A stretch of DNA of 63,911 bases, filler included, from Actinomycetota bacterium (GTDB lineage Bacteria; Actinomycetota; CADDZG01; JAHWKV01; JAOPZY01): the NCBI GenBank assembly GCA_025963875.1. It is 6 parts of 6 records of this genome, joined end to end, with 100 filler letters (N's around TTAATTAATTAA, not from the genome) between each part and the next. Parts side by side here need not be neighbours in the genome. Positions count along the whole stretch, not along the records: positions 1 to 20,480 come from JAOPZY010000105.1; 5 more parts are not named here. One strand, written 5' to 3'. This document shows, piece after piece, positions 8,775 through 17,532 of the stretch; position 1 is the first letter of the stretch, and the number at the start of each line of letters is the position of its first letter. The notes beneath the pieces were generated by a model. That model was not told where the DNA came from, did not search any database, and saw only the letters and a list, made by a program, of their open reading frames with translations. The position numbers and the translations under genes were made by a program.

Positions 8775-10019
8775 TTGAAACGCTTTATCAAACCCATAGC
8801 AGTGACCCTGGCGGCAGGCACGGTCTTCCTGGCGGCCTGCGCCAAGAGCAGCACCACGGCGGCGTCGCCCACCGACACCTCGCCGGCATCGTCCTCGCCT
8901 TCGGCGACGGCGGCAGCACTCGTCATCGACAGCAAGGCGGCCGACCTCAGGACCTCCGTCAACCTGCTGTTCGCCGAGCATCTGGACGTGGCGATCAAGG
9001 CGGTCGATGCGGCCCTCGGCGGCCGCACCGCGGAGTTCACGGCGTATGGGGACATCCTGAACACCAACGGCACCGACATCGGCGGCCTCATCGGCCAGGT
9101 CTACGGCGCCGACGCCCAGACCAGGTTCAACGGGATCTGGAGCGCTCACAACGCCGACTTCGTCGAGTACACGCAGGGCCTTGCGGCCAAGGACACGGCC
9201 AAGCAAACCGACGCGGTCAACAAGCTGACCACGGTCTACATCCCGCAGTTCAGCGCCCTGATCGCCGGCGCCACCGGCCTGCCGACGGCCACGGTGACGG
9301 AGCTCACCACGATGCACATCACCACCACCAAGGCCGTGGTCGACGACATCGCGGCCAAGTCCTACGACAAGGCAGCGACCGACCTCCGGGCAGCGACGGC
9401 GCACATGCAGAAGCTTGCCGACCCGGTCGCCGAAGCCATCGCCACCCAGCACTCCGACATGTTCCCCGGCGACTCCAAGAACAAGGGTGTCGACTTGCGG
9501 GTCGCCCTGGACAACCTGCTGCAGGAGCACCTGTACCTGGCGACCTCGGCCACGGGCGACGCGCTCGCCGGCAACTCGGCCGAGTTCACCCCGCTCGGCG
9601 CCGCCCTCAACGCCAACGGCACCGACCTCGGCTCGGCCATCGGCGGCCTCTTCGGGCCCGACGCCGGCACGCAGTTCAACGCCATCTGGAGCGCCCACAA
9701 CGCCGACTTCGTCGAGTACACCACGGGCCTCGCTACCAATGACAAGACGAAGCAGGACGACGGCGTCAAGCAGCTGACCACCGTCTACATCCCGCAGTTC
9801 AGCAAGTTCGTCTCCGACGCCAGCGGGCTTCCCCTGGACGCGGTCACGGGCCTGGTCACGGAGCACATCACGACGACCAAGGCCGTCGTCGACGACCAGG
9901 CAGCCAAAAAGCAGCCGGACGCCGCCAAGGCCGACCGGATGGCAGGACAGCACATGCAGAAGATCGGCGATCCGCTCGCCAAGGCAATCGTGGCGAAGCT
10001 CCCGGCGAAGTTCAGCTAG
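8775..10019 (+). CDS. Lipoprotein with two tandem His-containing helical domains (putative metal/copper binding)
   Basis: AAGGAG RBS and TTG start; LAAC lipobox; internal duplication DLR...EH...WSAHNADFVEYT...LTTVYIPQFS...HITTTKAVVDD...HMQK. Confidence 0.8.
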   Translation: MKRFIKPIAVTLAAGTVFLAACAKSSTTAASPTDTSPASSSPSATAAALVIDSKAADLRTSVNLLFAEHLDVAIKAVDAALGGRTAEFTAYGDILNTNGTDIGGLIGQVYGADAQTRFNGIWSAHNADFVEYTQGLAAKDTAKQTDAVNKLTTVYIPQFSALIAGATGLPTATVTELTTMHITTTKAVVDDIAAKSYDKAATDLRAATAHMQKLADPVAEAIATQHSDMFPGDSKNKGVDLRVALDNLLQEHLYLATSATGDALAGNSAEFTPLGAALNANGTDLGSAIGGLFGPDAGTQFNAIWSAHNADFVEYTTGLATNDKTKQDDGVKQLTTVYIPQFSKFVSDASGLPLDAVTGLVTEHITTTKAVVDDQAAKKQPDAAKADRMAGQHMQKIGDPLAKAIVAKLPAKFS

Positions 10020-10037
10020 TCGGGGGTCTCGATCACT

Positions 10038-10430
10038 ATGAACAACGCCTTGCTCCGTCAGCTTCGCCGTCCCCCGACGGTTGCAGTGGCGCTGCTCGCC
10101 GTGGGCGTCTTCGGTGCCTGTTCCGGACCGAAGACGTCCTCGGCACCAGCAGCCCCGGCAGCCCAGGCCAGGGTCACGATCGTCAGCAATGCCGCCACCA
10201 TCGGGGCCTTCACCCCCCCGTCGGTCACGGCGTCGGTGGGCCAGACGGTGGCGTGGGTCTTCCAGGACACCAACCCCCACACCGTCACCGCCGACGACGA
10301 CAGCTTCACGTCACCCAAGGGCGGGCTTGCCAATGGCAAGACGTACTCCCACACCTTCGACAAGGCGGGGACGTACACGTACCACTGCTTCATCCACCCC
10401 CAGATGCTCGGGACGGTCGTCGTCCGGTAG
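10038..10430 (+). CDS. Cupredoxin (plastocyanin/azurin-like), probably a lipoprotein
   Basis: PHTVT and YHCFIHPQM type-1 copper ligands (H, C, H, M); signal peptide ending FGAC. Confidence 0.92.
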   Translation: MNNALLRQLRRPPTVAVALLAVGVFGACSGPKTSSAPAAPAAQARVTIVSNAATIGAFTPPSVTASVGQTVAWVFQDTNPHTVTADDDSFTSPKGGLANGKTYSHTFDKAGTYTYHCFIHPQMLGTVVVR

Positions 10431-10432
10431 GG

Positions 10433-11194
10433 TCAGGCTCGGGTGCCGGGCTTTCTCCGCCCTCGCAGGAGGTCCCCGAGGCCCCACTGCCCGACGGCGA
10501 GCAGGGCTTCTCTCACGATCGAGCCGGACATCTTCGAGGTGCCCAGCTCGCGTTCCCGGAAGGTGATCGGCACCTCGGCGATGCGGAATCCATGGCGCCA
10601 GGCCCGGTAGGTCATGTCGATCTGGAAGGCGTAGCCGTTGGAACGCACGCCGGCCAGGTCGACCGCCTCCAGGACCTCACGCCGGTAGCACCGGAACCCG
10701 CCGGTGGCGTCCTTGACGGCGAAGCCCAGGGCGAGGCGGGCGTAGACGTTCCCCGCCCTCGAGAGGAGATGGCGCCGCTTCGACCACCCCACCACCCCGC
10801 CCCCCGGGATGTAGCGGGAACCGACCACGACGTCCACCTCCTCTGCGGCGCGCAGCAGGTCGGGGATGTGGGCGGGGTCGTGGGAGAAGTCAGCGTCCAT
10901 CTCGACAAAGAGCCCGTAGCCGTTTTCCAGGCCCCACTTGAAGCCGGCGATATAGGCCTGGCCGAGGCCCCGCTTGCCCTCGCCCCGGAGCAGGTGGATG
11001 CGGGGGTCCGCCTCGACTGCCTTCTCTACCAGCTCGCCGGTGCCGTCCGGCGACCCGTCGTCGACCACCAGCAGCGACGCCTCGGGCACCGACGTCGTCA
11101 CCGCCTTCAGGATGGCCTCGATGTTGTCGGCCTCGTTGTAGGTGGGGATCACCACGAGGGCCGACCCCCAGCCTGTCCGGTCGTCAGGGGACAC
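10433..11194 (-). CDS. ppm1: Polyprenol monophosphomannose synthase (GT2)
   Basis: VIPTYNE, VVDDGSPDGTG, EMDADFSH, DATGGFR, SNGYAFQI, EVPITF; follows lnt. Confidence 0.93.
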   Translation of the reverse strand: MSPDDRTGWGSALVVIPTYNEADNIEAILKAVTTSVPEASLLVVDDGSPDGTGELVEKAVEADPRIHLLRGEGKRGLGQAYIAGFKWGLENGYGLFVEMDADFSHDPAHIPDLLRAAEEVDVVVGSRYIPGGGVVGWSKRRHLLSRAGNVYARLALGFAVKDATGGFRCYRREVLEAVDLAGVRSNGYAFQIDMTYRAWRHGFRIAEVPITFRERELGTSKMSGSIVREALLAVGQWGLGDLLRGRRKPGTRA

Positions 11195-12716
11195 GGGTGC
11201 GTCCCTCCGCGCGGAGCGGACCGGCCGCGACGGCGATGACAGCCAGGAGGAGCACGGCCGCGGGGAGCCAGTCTCCGAAGCGCCCGTAGACGGTCCTGGT
11301 CGTGGCGAAGCGGACGGTGGGCGTCAGGACCTCCGTGGCGAACAGCTTCGTGTGCTCGACGACCTTTCCCGTGGGGGCGATGACCGCCGAGATGCCGGTC
11401 AGGGCCGACTGGGCCACCCACATCCGCTGCTCGGCGGCTCGGAGCTGGCTGAGCGCCACCATCTGGGCGCTGGCGGCGGTGCGCCCGTACGACGCGTTGT
11501 TGGTCGACACCACGATCATACGTGCCCCCCTCGACACGAATGCGCCCACCAGCTCCGGGTAGGCCGTCTCGTAGCAGATGACGGTCCCGAAGCGTCCCTG
11601 ATTCTTGTTGGGCAACGAGAAAACGGTAGGCGAGGTTCCGGCCACGCCATCCGCCGGTACCTTATCGAGTTCGTGGATCCAGCTCGCCAGGAAGCGCCGG
11701 CCCGGGACGTACTCGCCGAAGGGAACGAGGTGCATCTTCACGTAGTTGGCGGCAAGGCGCCCGTCGGGATGGATGAACAGGCTCTCGTTGGTGAACCTCG
11801 GCCCGGGCGCGTCGACGCTTGCCCCGACCACGAAGGACGCGCCGGTGTCGCGGATCGATTGCCGCAGGGGGCCGGCGAGGGAGGGATTCGCGAGCGGGTC
11901 CTCGTCGAACGAGCTTTCCGGCCATACCACCAGGTCGATCTTCCGCCCGGCGAGGGTGCGGGTGAGGGCGGCCTCGCTCCTGAGGGACTGCTCCTGGTGG
12001 GAGCCCAGGCGCGGATCCCCGACCGGGGACGGCCGCTGCACGAGGCCGAGCGTCACGGACGCCCCCGACGGCGACGGGACGGGGAGGAGGCCGGGCCCCA
12101 GCACCAGGCCCGCGGCCAGGCCCAGGCGGGCCAGGGCCCACGCCGGCGCCGTCCGGACGGCGACGACCGCGTCCGCCAGGAAGGCGTTCACCGTCGCGAG
12201 GAGCAGGCTGACGCCCCAGACGCCCGTGTAGGCGGCGAGGCGGAGGATGGCCGGATGATTGTGCTGGGAGTAGCCGAGACCACCCCACGGGAACCCACCG
12301 AGGGGACCGTGGGATCGGACGAACTCCCCCGCCAGGAAGGCCGCACCGAACGCCAGCGGCGTCAGGGCGGCAGGCAGCCGGCGGCGCAGCAGCAGCCCCA
12401 CGAGCAGGAACACAACGACGGAGGCCGCCTCCAGCGCCACCAGGAGCACGTAGGCGGCCGTCCCGAAGAGGTGGATCCACGGGAAGAGCAACCCGAAGAA
12501 GACCAGCCCGAAGACCGCCCCCGCGGCAGCAACGTGCTTTGGCTCCCCCGCGCGGAAGACCAGGGCCAGGGGGATCAACGAGAAGAACGCCAGCAGCCCG
12601 ACATCGTGGGGGGGAAACGCCAGGGCGGTCGCGGCGCCGCTGAGGGCGCCTGCTGCCAACGCTGCGGGTAGGCCGGCCAAGGCCTCCGTGAGGCCCTGGC
12701 GGAGACTTCGGTTCAG
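11184..12716 (-). CDS. lnt: Apolipoprotein N-acyltransferase (start uncertain: CTG 12716 or TTG 12680)
   Basis: GFPW, WPE, KMHLVPFGEY, ICYE (E-K-C triad), RAAE motifs; multiple TM helices. Confidence 0.93.
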   Translation of the reverse strand: MNRSLRQGLTEALAGLPAALAAGALSGAATALAFPPHDVGLLAFFSLIPLALVFRAGEPKHVAAAGAVFGLVFFGLLFPWIHLFGTAAYVLLVALEAASVVVFLLVGLLLRRRLPAALTPLAFGAAFLAGEFVRSHGPLGGFPWGGLGYSQHNHPAILRLAAYTGVWGVSLLLATVNAFLADAVVAVRTAPAWALARLGLAAGLVLGPGLLPVPSPSGASVTLGLVQRPSPVGDPRLGSHQEQSLRSEAALTRTLAGRKIDLVVWPESSFDEDPLANPSLAGPLRQSIRDTGASFVVGASVDAPGPRFTNESLFIHPDGRLAANYVKMHLVPFGEYVPGRRFLASWIHELDKVPADGVAGTSPTVFSLPNKNQGRFGTVICYETAYPELVGAFVSRGARMIVVSTNNASYGRTAASAQMVALSQLRAAEQRMWVAQSALTGISAVIAPTGKVVEHTKLFATEVLTPTVRFATTRTVYGRFGDWLPAAVLLLAVIAVAAGPLRAEGRTRVP

Positions 12717-13042
12717 ACGCAGTCTCGGCAGAGCTGCTTGGCTGCGTCCGCGAGCTGGCTCTGGTGCTTCACGAGGTGGCAGTTCGTGCACACGAACTCG
12801 TTGGCCTGCTTCGGCACCGGCCGGATGGACAGCGTCTCCATCCGCTCGTCGGGAGTGAGGTCGAGGAGCGCTTCCTCCTCCTCCTCGACGTCCGCGACTT
12901 CGCCTCGCTTCGAGAGGATCTCCTCGAGGCTCCCCTCTGCGATGGCCGACGGCTCAGCGAGGTCCTCTTCCTCCTCGCCATCCTCCAGCTCTTCGTCGTC
13001 CTCTTCTTCGTCCGCTTCCGGCTCTTCAAAGATCTCGCTCAT
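12713..13042 (-). CDS. DUF4193-like acidic protein with Cys/His zinc-ribbon tail
   Basis: Acidic N-terminus; PKQANEFVCTNCHLVKHQSQLA...CRDC. Confidence 0.85.
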   Translation of the reverse strand: MSEIFEEPEADEEEDDEELEDGEEEEDLAEPSAIAEGSLEEILSKRGEVADVEEEEEALLDLTPDERMETLSIRPVPKQANEFVCTNCHLVKHQSQLADAAKQLCRDCV

Positions 13043-13164
13043 GATTCCTTCCCCTGTACCCCTGGTCGGAGCTGCCAATCGCTGTCTCTCGGGGGCCTTG
13101 GGCGGTTTACGTGTCCAAGTCGAAGCGTGATTATGCACCTTCGCCGCAACTGTGCAACGACCCG

Positions 13165-14226
13165 TCACAGGCCCGCCTCAGATCCCAGCATCCTTCCAAT
13201 GATGACGCGCTGGATCTGATTGGTGCCTTCAACGATCTGGAGGACTTTTGATTCCCGGAAGAACCTCGCGGTCAGGTCGTCTCCGGCGATCTGGAACGCA
13301 TCGGTGGTCACCCGCATCGCCATGTCGGTGCAGAAGAGCTTGGCCATCGAGGCCTGCTGCGAGTAGCGCGCCCCCCGGTCCTTCAGGCCCGCGGCGTGCT
13401 CGTAGAGGACCCGGCCCGCCTCGATGCCGGTGGCCATGTCGGCGAGCATGAACTCGGTGCCCTGCCCGGCCTCGCCGGCCCGGACGTGGTCGACCGCCTT
13501 GTCGCACGCGGCCTGGGCCAGCCCGACGGCGCACGCGGCGATCCCGAGCCGCCCGCCATCGAGGGCCGCCATGGCGATCGTGAAGCCCTCCCCCTCTGCG
13601 CCGAGCCGTCGGTGGTCCGGGACCGGGCACTCGTCGAAGACCAGCTCCCACGTCGGGGACGAGCGCCAGGCCATCTTCCGCTCGGGGCGGCCGGGCCGGA
13701 ACCCCGGGCTCTGCCGGTCGACCACGAACGCCGTGATCCCCTTCGGCCCCTCGACGCCGGTGCGCGCCATGACGAGGAGGAGGTCCGCCTCGCCGCCCCG
13801 GGTGCAGAACTGCTTGCGCCCCGTGATGGCGTAGCCGGAGCCGGTCCTCTCCGCCCGGGTGCGCAGGCTGGCGGCGTCGGAGCCCGACGACGACTCGGTG
13901 AGGGCGTAGGCGCCGAACTTCTCCCCGGCGAGCATGGCCGGCAGCAGCTCCCGCTTGATCTCCTCGGTACCGAAGCGCTGGACGGCGTCGCAGACCAGGG
14001 TGTGGACCCCGATCCCCACCGCCAGGGCGACCCAGGACCGAGCCAGCTCCTCGATGAGGTCGAGATACTCCCGGTAGGGCCGGCCCCCACCGCCATAGGC
14101 GGGATCAAACGGGAGCCCGGCGAGCCCCTTGGCCCCGAGCTCCTGGTAGACCGGAAGCGGATCCTCCCCCCGCTCCTCGTACTCCGCCGCCAAATCGGAC
14201 AGTAACTTTGCTCCAAAAGTGACCAT
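13165..14226 (-). CDS. Acyl-CoA dehydrogenase with a short, atypical N-terminus
   Basis: YALTESSSGSDA, ITGRKQFCT, GRLGIAA, SMAKLF, QIVEGTNQIQR. Confidence 0.9.
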   Translation of the reverse strand: MVTFGAKLLSDLAAEYEERGEDPLPVYQELGAKGLAGLPFDPAYGGGGRPYREYLDLIEELARSWVALAVGIGVHTLVCDAVQRFGTEEIKRELLPAMLAGEKFGAYALTESSSGSDAASLRTRAERTGSGYAITGRKQFCTRGGEADLLLVMARTGVEGPKGITAFVVDRQSPGFRPGRPERKMAWRSSPTWELVFDECPVPDHRRLGAEGEGFTIAMAALDGGRLGIAACAVGLAQAACDKAVDHVRAGEAGQGTEFMLADMATGIEAGRVLYEHAAGLKDRGARYSQQASMAKLFCTDMAMRVTTDAFQIAGDDLTARFFRESKVLQIVEGTNQIQRVIIGRMLGSEAGL

Positions 14227-14250
14227 TAACGGGCGTTTTGGAGCAAGGTT
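14204..14250. repeat. REP-like palindrome, family B copy 1
   Basis: AACTTTGCTCCAAAA (14204-14218) / TTTTGGAGCAAGGTT (14236-14250), 15-bp arms with one mismatch. Confidence 0.8.
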
Positions 14251-15140
14251 CCGCGAATTGTGCCGAGGACCCAGGCTGGTCGGTCCACGACGTCATGCCA
14301 GGTGAAGCGCAACGTCCGCCACCGGATGGCCAGCATGTTGGCGTCCCGCGTGCGGTCGTTCTGGAACGCCTCGCGTGTACCGTGCGTTTCCCAGCCGTCC
14401 ACTTCGACCGCCAGGCGATACTCCGGCCAGGCGAGGTCGAACCGCCGCCACTGGGTGCCATCCCAGATTCGGTACTGCCGAACTGGCTCCGGAAGATCGG
14501 CGGCCGTAGCAACCAGCTTGTACAGGTAGTCCTCCAGGTCGCTTTCCGGTGGAACGTACCGCGATCCGATTGCTCCGCGCTCCGTCAGGAGTATGCGCAG
14601 CCTCGCCGTTCCAGGATGACCTCGTCCTCCGAATGTCTCCAGCGCCCATGCCATCTGCGACAGGCTCACCAGTCCTCGCCTCAGGGCGTCGTCAAGCGCC
14701 CGGCCAGCCTCGTTTGGCGCCACAAGGTGGCTGACGTCGAGAAGCGTGATCCACGGCGGTGTGACGCGGATGGCTTGGACGCGTCCGGTGCCGGGACACA
14801 GTTCACGCACCCGGTGCACGTGTGCCCAGGCGGGGAGGCGCTGATCACGCTTCGTTGACACGGCGTGAAGGTCGCCCTCTGTGAATCCCTTCAGTCGCAA
14901 GAGGGACGCAGCGGCGGAATGCGAGAGTGCCGTCCCGGCCCCACCCCAGAGACACAGGCCCATGGCGGATTGGTGCCACGAGGGCTCTACCTCCGGGGCC
15001 CGGTAGACGCCGGGCAGGAACCGCTCCCACGAAGTCCGCAGACCTTTTTTCGACCACCCCGCTGCCTCGGCCTGCTCCAGACTGAGCAAGCCGTACTGCG
15101 TGAAGGCGATCTTTCGAGCATCGATACGCTTCTCTGTCAT
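14226..15140 (-). CDS. AbiEi-like N-terminal domain + DUF559/Vsr-like endonuclease domain protein
   Basis: QYGLLS, LPGVYR, ALSHSAAA, RVTPPWITLLD, LDDALRRG, ESDLE, FDLAWPEYRLAVEVDGWETH, DRTRD, LRFTW. Confidence 0.88.
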   Translation of the reverse strand: MTEKRIDARKIAFTQYGLLSLEQAEAAGWSKKGLRTSWERFLPGVYRAPEVEPSWHQSAMGLCLWGGAGTALSHSAAASLLRLKGFTEGDLHAVSTKRDQRLPAWAHVHRVRELCPGTGRVQAIRVTPPWITLLDVSHLVAPNEAGRALDDALRRGLVSLSQMAWALETFGGRGHPGTARLRILLTERGAIGSRYVPPESDLEDYLYKLVATAADLPEPVRQYRIWDGTQWRRFDLAWPEYRLAVEVDGWETHGTREAFQNDRTRDANMLAIRWRTLRFTWHDVVDRPAWVLGTIRGTLLQNAR

Positions 15141-15188
15141 GCTTTACATATCATGACATGGCGGGAGCTCTTGTGGGGGGCTGATTCC

Positions 15189-15893
15189 GTGACGGCGGCG
15201 TGCACGTTTGTGCCGCCGGCCGCCGAGGCGGTGTGCGAGGTGTGCCATGCCTCCACCCGCCAGGGGAGGCGCAGGTGCTTTGCGTGCTTCCGGACCTCGG
15301 CTCAGGTGACGATGCCGGCCGAGGGGGTCGTCCCGATCTCGCTGTACCGCACCGGGGACAACCTCTGGCATGCGCTGCGCCGGTACAAGGATGGCCGGGA
15401 CCCACGGCTCCGCCGGCGGCTGGGCCGGCGCCTCGGGCGGCTGCTCTCCGGTTTCCTCCGGAGGCATCTCGCCTGCATCGCCCCCGGCGTCTCACCGGAC
15501 TGGCGCATCACCGTCGTGCCGCCGACGCGCCGCCGCTCGCAGCGTCATCCGCTCGAGAAAGTGGTCCGCCGGTCCTTCTGGCTCCGGCGCCGCTACGTGC
15601 GCACGCTCCGCACCGCGACGAGGCCCAGCCACAACGCTGCGTCGGACACGGCGTTCAAGGTCATCCGCGACGTCCGCGGCCTTCCGCTGCTGGTGGTGGA
15701 CGACACGTTCACGACGGGCGCCAGCGTCCAGAGCGCCACCTCGGCCCTCCGGTTGGCCGGGGCGCAGGTGGTCGCCGTGGTCGTGATCGGGCGGGTCGTC
15801 AATTCGGACGCCACTCCCGAGGAGGCGGAACTGTGGGCCGCCGCCACGAGAACGCCATGGCGTCTCAACAGGTGTTGCAGGGAAGGCGGGTAA
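15189..15893 (+). CDS. ComF-like phosphoribosyltransferase with N-terminal zinc ribbon (ATG 15153 is an alternative start)
   Basis: CEVC...CFAC and PRPP-binding LLVVDDTFTTGAS. Confidence 0.8.
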   Translation: MTAACTFVPPAAEAVCEVCHASTRQGRRRCFACFRTSAQVTMPAEGVVPISLYRTGDNLWHALRRYKDGRDPRLRRRLGRRLGRLLSGFLRRHLACIAPGVSPDWRITVVPPTRRRSQRHPLEKVVRRSFWLRRRYVRTLRTATRPSHNAASDTAFKVIRDVRGLPLLVVDDTFTTGASVQSATSALRLAGAQVVAVVVIGRVVNSDATPEEAELWAAATRTPWRLNRCCREGG

Positions 15894-15907
15894 AATCGCG
15901 GTACTTC

Positions 15908-16831
15908 ATGATCGCTCCCAGACTCAGCCGCGGGCTGTGCCTTCTCGTCGGGCTCGGCCTCCTGGCTGGAGCCTGCAGCCACAAACAGGCCGCCACGACA
16001 ACCCCGACCCGGAGCCCCTCGGCGCAGGCGGTCAGCCCCACCGTCGCCGCGTCCCCCACGGCCACGGTCGCGACCACGGCGGCGCCGCCCGCGAGCCCCG
16101 CGCCGGCCCCCACGACCAAGGCCCCCACTACCAAGGCCCCCACTACCAAGGCCCCGCCCGCGCCCACCCGCCCGGCGCCGACGACACCGGCTGCCCCTCC
16201 GTCAACCCCGGCGGGGGCGCCGCTCTCCCTGCCCAGGCTCGGCACCTACGTCTACGACCTCTCCGGCACCACCCAGAGTCCCCTGCTCGGCATCCCGCAG
16301 GCCTACCAACCCGGCGCCACGCTCAGCGTCGACATCTACGAGAGGAACGCCCAGGCGGACGGCACAGAAATCGGGTCCAGGGGAACGTCATCCCAGGACC
16401 AGGTCCAGACCACCACCAAGCAGGTCTACCAGGCCTCCAAGGTCCTGCTCACCTTCACCAATCTCACGTTCCTCGGCCTCGCCAGCTACGACTGCAGCTA
16501 CGCGCCGCCCCCGGAGGTCCTGCCGGTCCCGTTGGAGGCGGTGACCATCCCGACCCAGTCGTGGTCCGGGCCCCAGTGCTCCGGGAGCCTGCAGCTCAGC
16601 GTGCAGGGGGCCGAGAGGGTGACGGCGGCGGGCCAGACCTGGAACGCCTGGAGGGTCCACACCGTCCTGCACTACGTGGCCCAGTCCAGCGTCGACGCCA
16701 CAATCGACACCACGAGCCTGGTCTCTCCCGAGCTCGGCACGGCCGTCACCAGCGACTCGACGACCTCCGGGAAGGTCGCCGGCTCCCCTTTCACGTCTCA
16801 CCAGATCACGTCGCTGCGGAGCCATCCGTGA
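15908..16831 (+). CDS. Lipoprotein with Pro/Thr linker and beta-rich C-terminal domain
   Basis: LAGAC lipobox-like signal; (KAPTT)n linker; GTYVYD and ERVTAAGQTWNAWRV segments; TGATG overlap with the ABC ATPase. Confidence 0.75.
   Translation: MIAPRLSRGLCLLVGLGLLAGACSHKQAATTTPTRSPSAQAVSPTVAASPTATVATTAAPPASPAPAPTTKAPTTKAPTTKAPPAPTRPAPTTPAAPPSTPAGAPLSLPRLGTYVYDLSGTTQSPLLGIPQAYQPGATLSVDIYERNAQADGTEIGSRGTSSQDQVQTTTKQVYQASKVLLTFTNLTFLGLASYDCSYAPPPEVLPVPLEAVTIPTQSWSGPQCSGSLQLSVQGAERVTAAGQTWNAWRVHTVLHYVAQSSVDATIDTTSLVSPELGTAVTSDSTTSGKVAGSPFTSHQITSLRSHP
16111..16155 (+). repeat. 15-bp tandem repeat, about 3 copies (TTKAP linker)
   Basis: CACGACCAAGGCCCC/CACTACCAAGGCCCC/CACTACCAAGGCCCC. Confidence 0.85.
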
Positions 16832-17532
16832 TGCCGACGTTGATGCCCCATCTCGTGGAACTGCGGGACGTCCACCGAACCTACCGCCGAGGCGAGGAAA
16901 CGGTCCGGGCCCTTCGGGGCGTCTCCCTGGCGGTCGATGCCGGGGACTTCCTCGTCATCACCGGCCCATCGGGCTCCGGCAAGTCGACGCTGCTGCACAT
17001 CATGGCGGGCCTCGACCGGCCCTCCAGCGGAAAGGTGCTGCTCGAGGGCAACTCCCTGTCGGCGATGTCGGACGACGACCTCACCCTGCGGCGCCGCCGG
17101 GGCATCGGCTTCATCTTCCAGTTCTTCCACCTGCTGCCGACGCTCTCGGCCATCGACAACGTCGGCCTGCCGCTGCTCCTCGACGGCCTGGGGCCGGACG
17201 AGATCCGGTCGCGGGCCGGGCAGGCCCTCGAGCGGGTCGGCCTCGGCAACCGGGCCAACCACCGCCCCCGCGAGATGTCCGGCGGCGAGCAGCAGCGTGT
17301 GGCGATCGCACGGGCGCTCGTCATCCGCCCGTCGCTCATCCTCGCCGACGAGCCCACCGGCAACCTCGACACGGCCTCCGGCGCGGACATCCTCCAGATC
17401 CTGCGCGACGCTCCGGCCGAGTTCGGGGCAGCGGTCGTCCTGGTCACCCACCAACCCGATGCCGCCCGGCCCGGCGAGCGGACGCTCTCCATGCGCGACG
17501 GGCTGATCGAAGCCGCCACGGTGGCGGGCTGA
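16831..17532 (+). CDS. ABC transporter ATP-binding protein (LolD/MacB-type)
   Basis: GPSGSGKST, MSGGEQQRVAIARAL, ILADEPTGNLD, VTH. Confidence 0.95.
   Translation: MPTLMPHLVELRDVHRTYRRGEETVRALRGVSLAVDAGDFLVITGPSGSGKSTLLHIMAGLDRPSSGKVLLEGNSLSAMSDDDLTLRRRRGIGFIFQFFHLLPTLSAIDNVGLPLLLDGLGPDEIRSRAGQALERVGLGNRANHRPREMSGGEQQRVAIARALVIRPSLILADEPTGNLDTASGADILQILRDAPAEFGAAVVLVTHQPDAARPGERTLSMRDGLIEAATVAG

Noticed and set aside
14226..15140. Complete type IV (AbiE) toxin-antitoxin system
   Set aside because: No adjacent AbiEii nucleotidyltransferase at either paralogue
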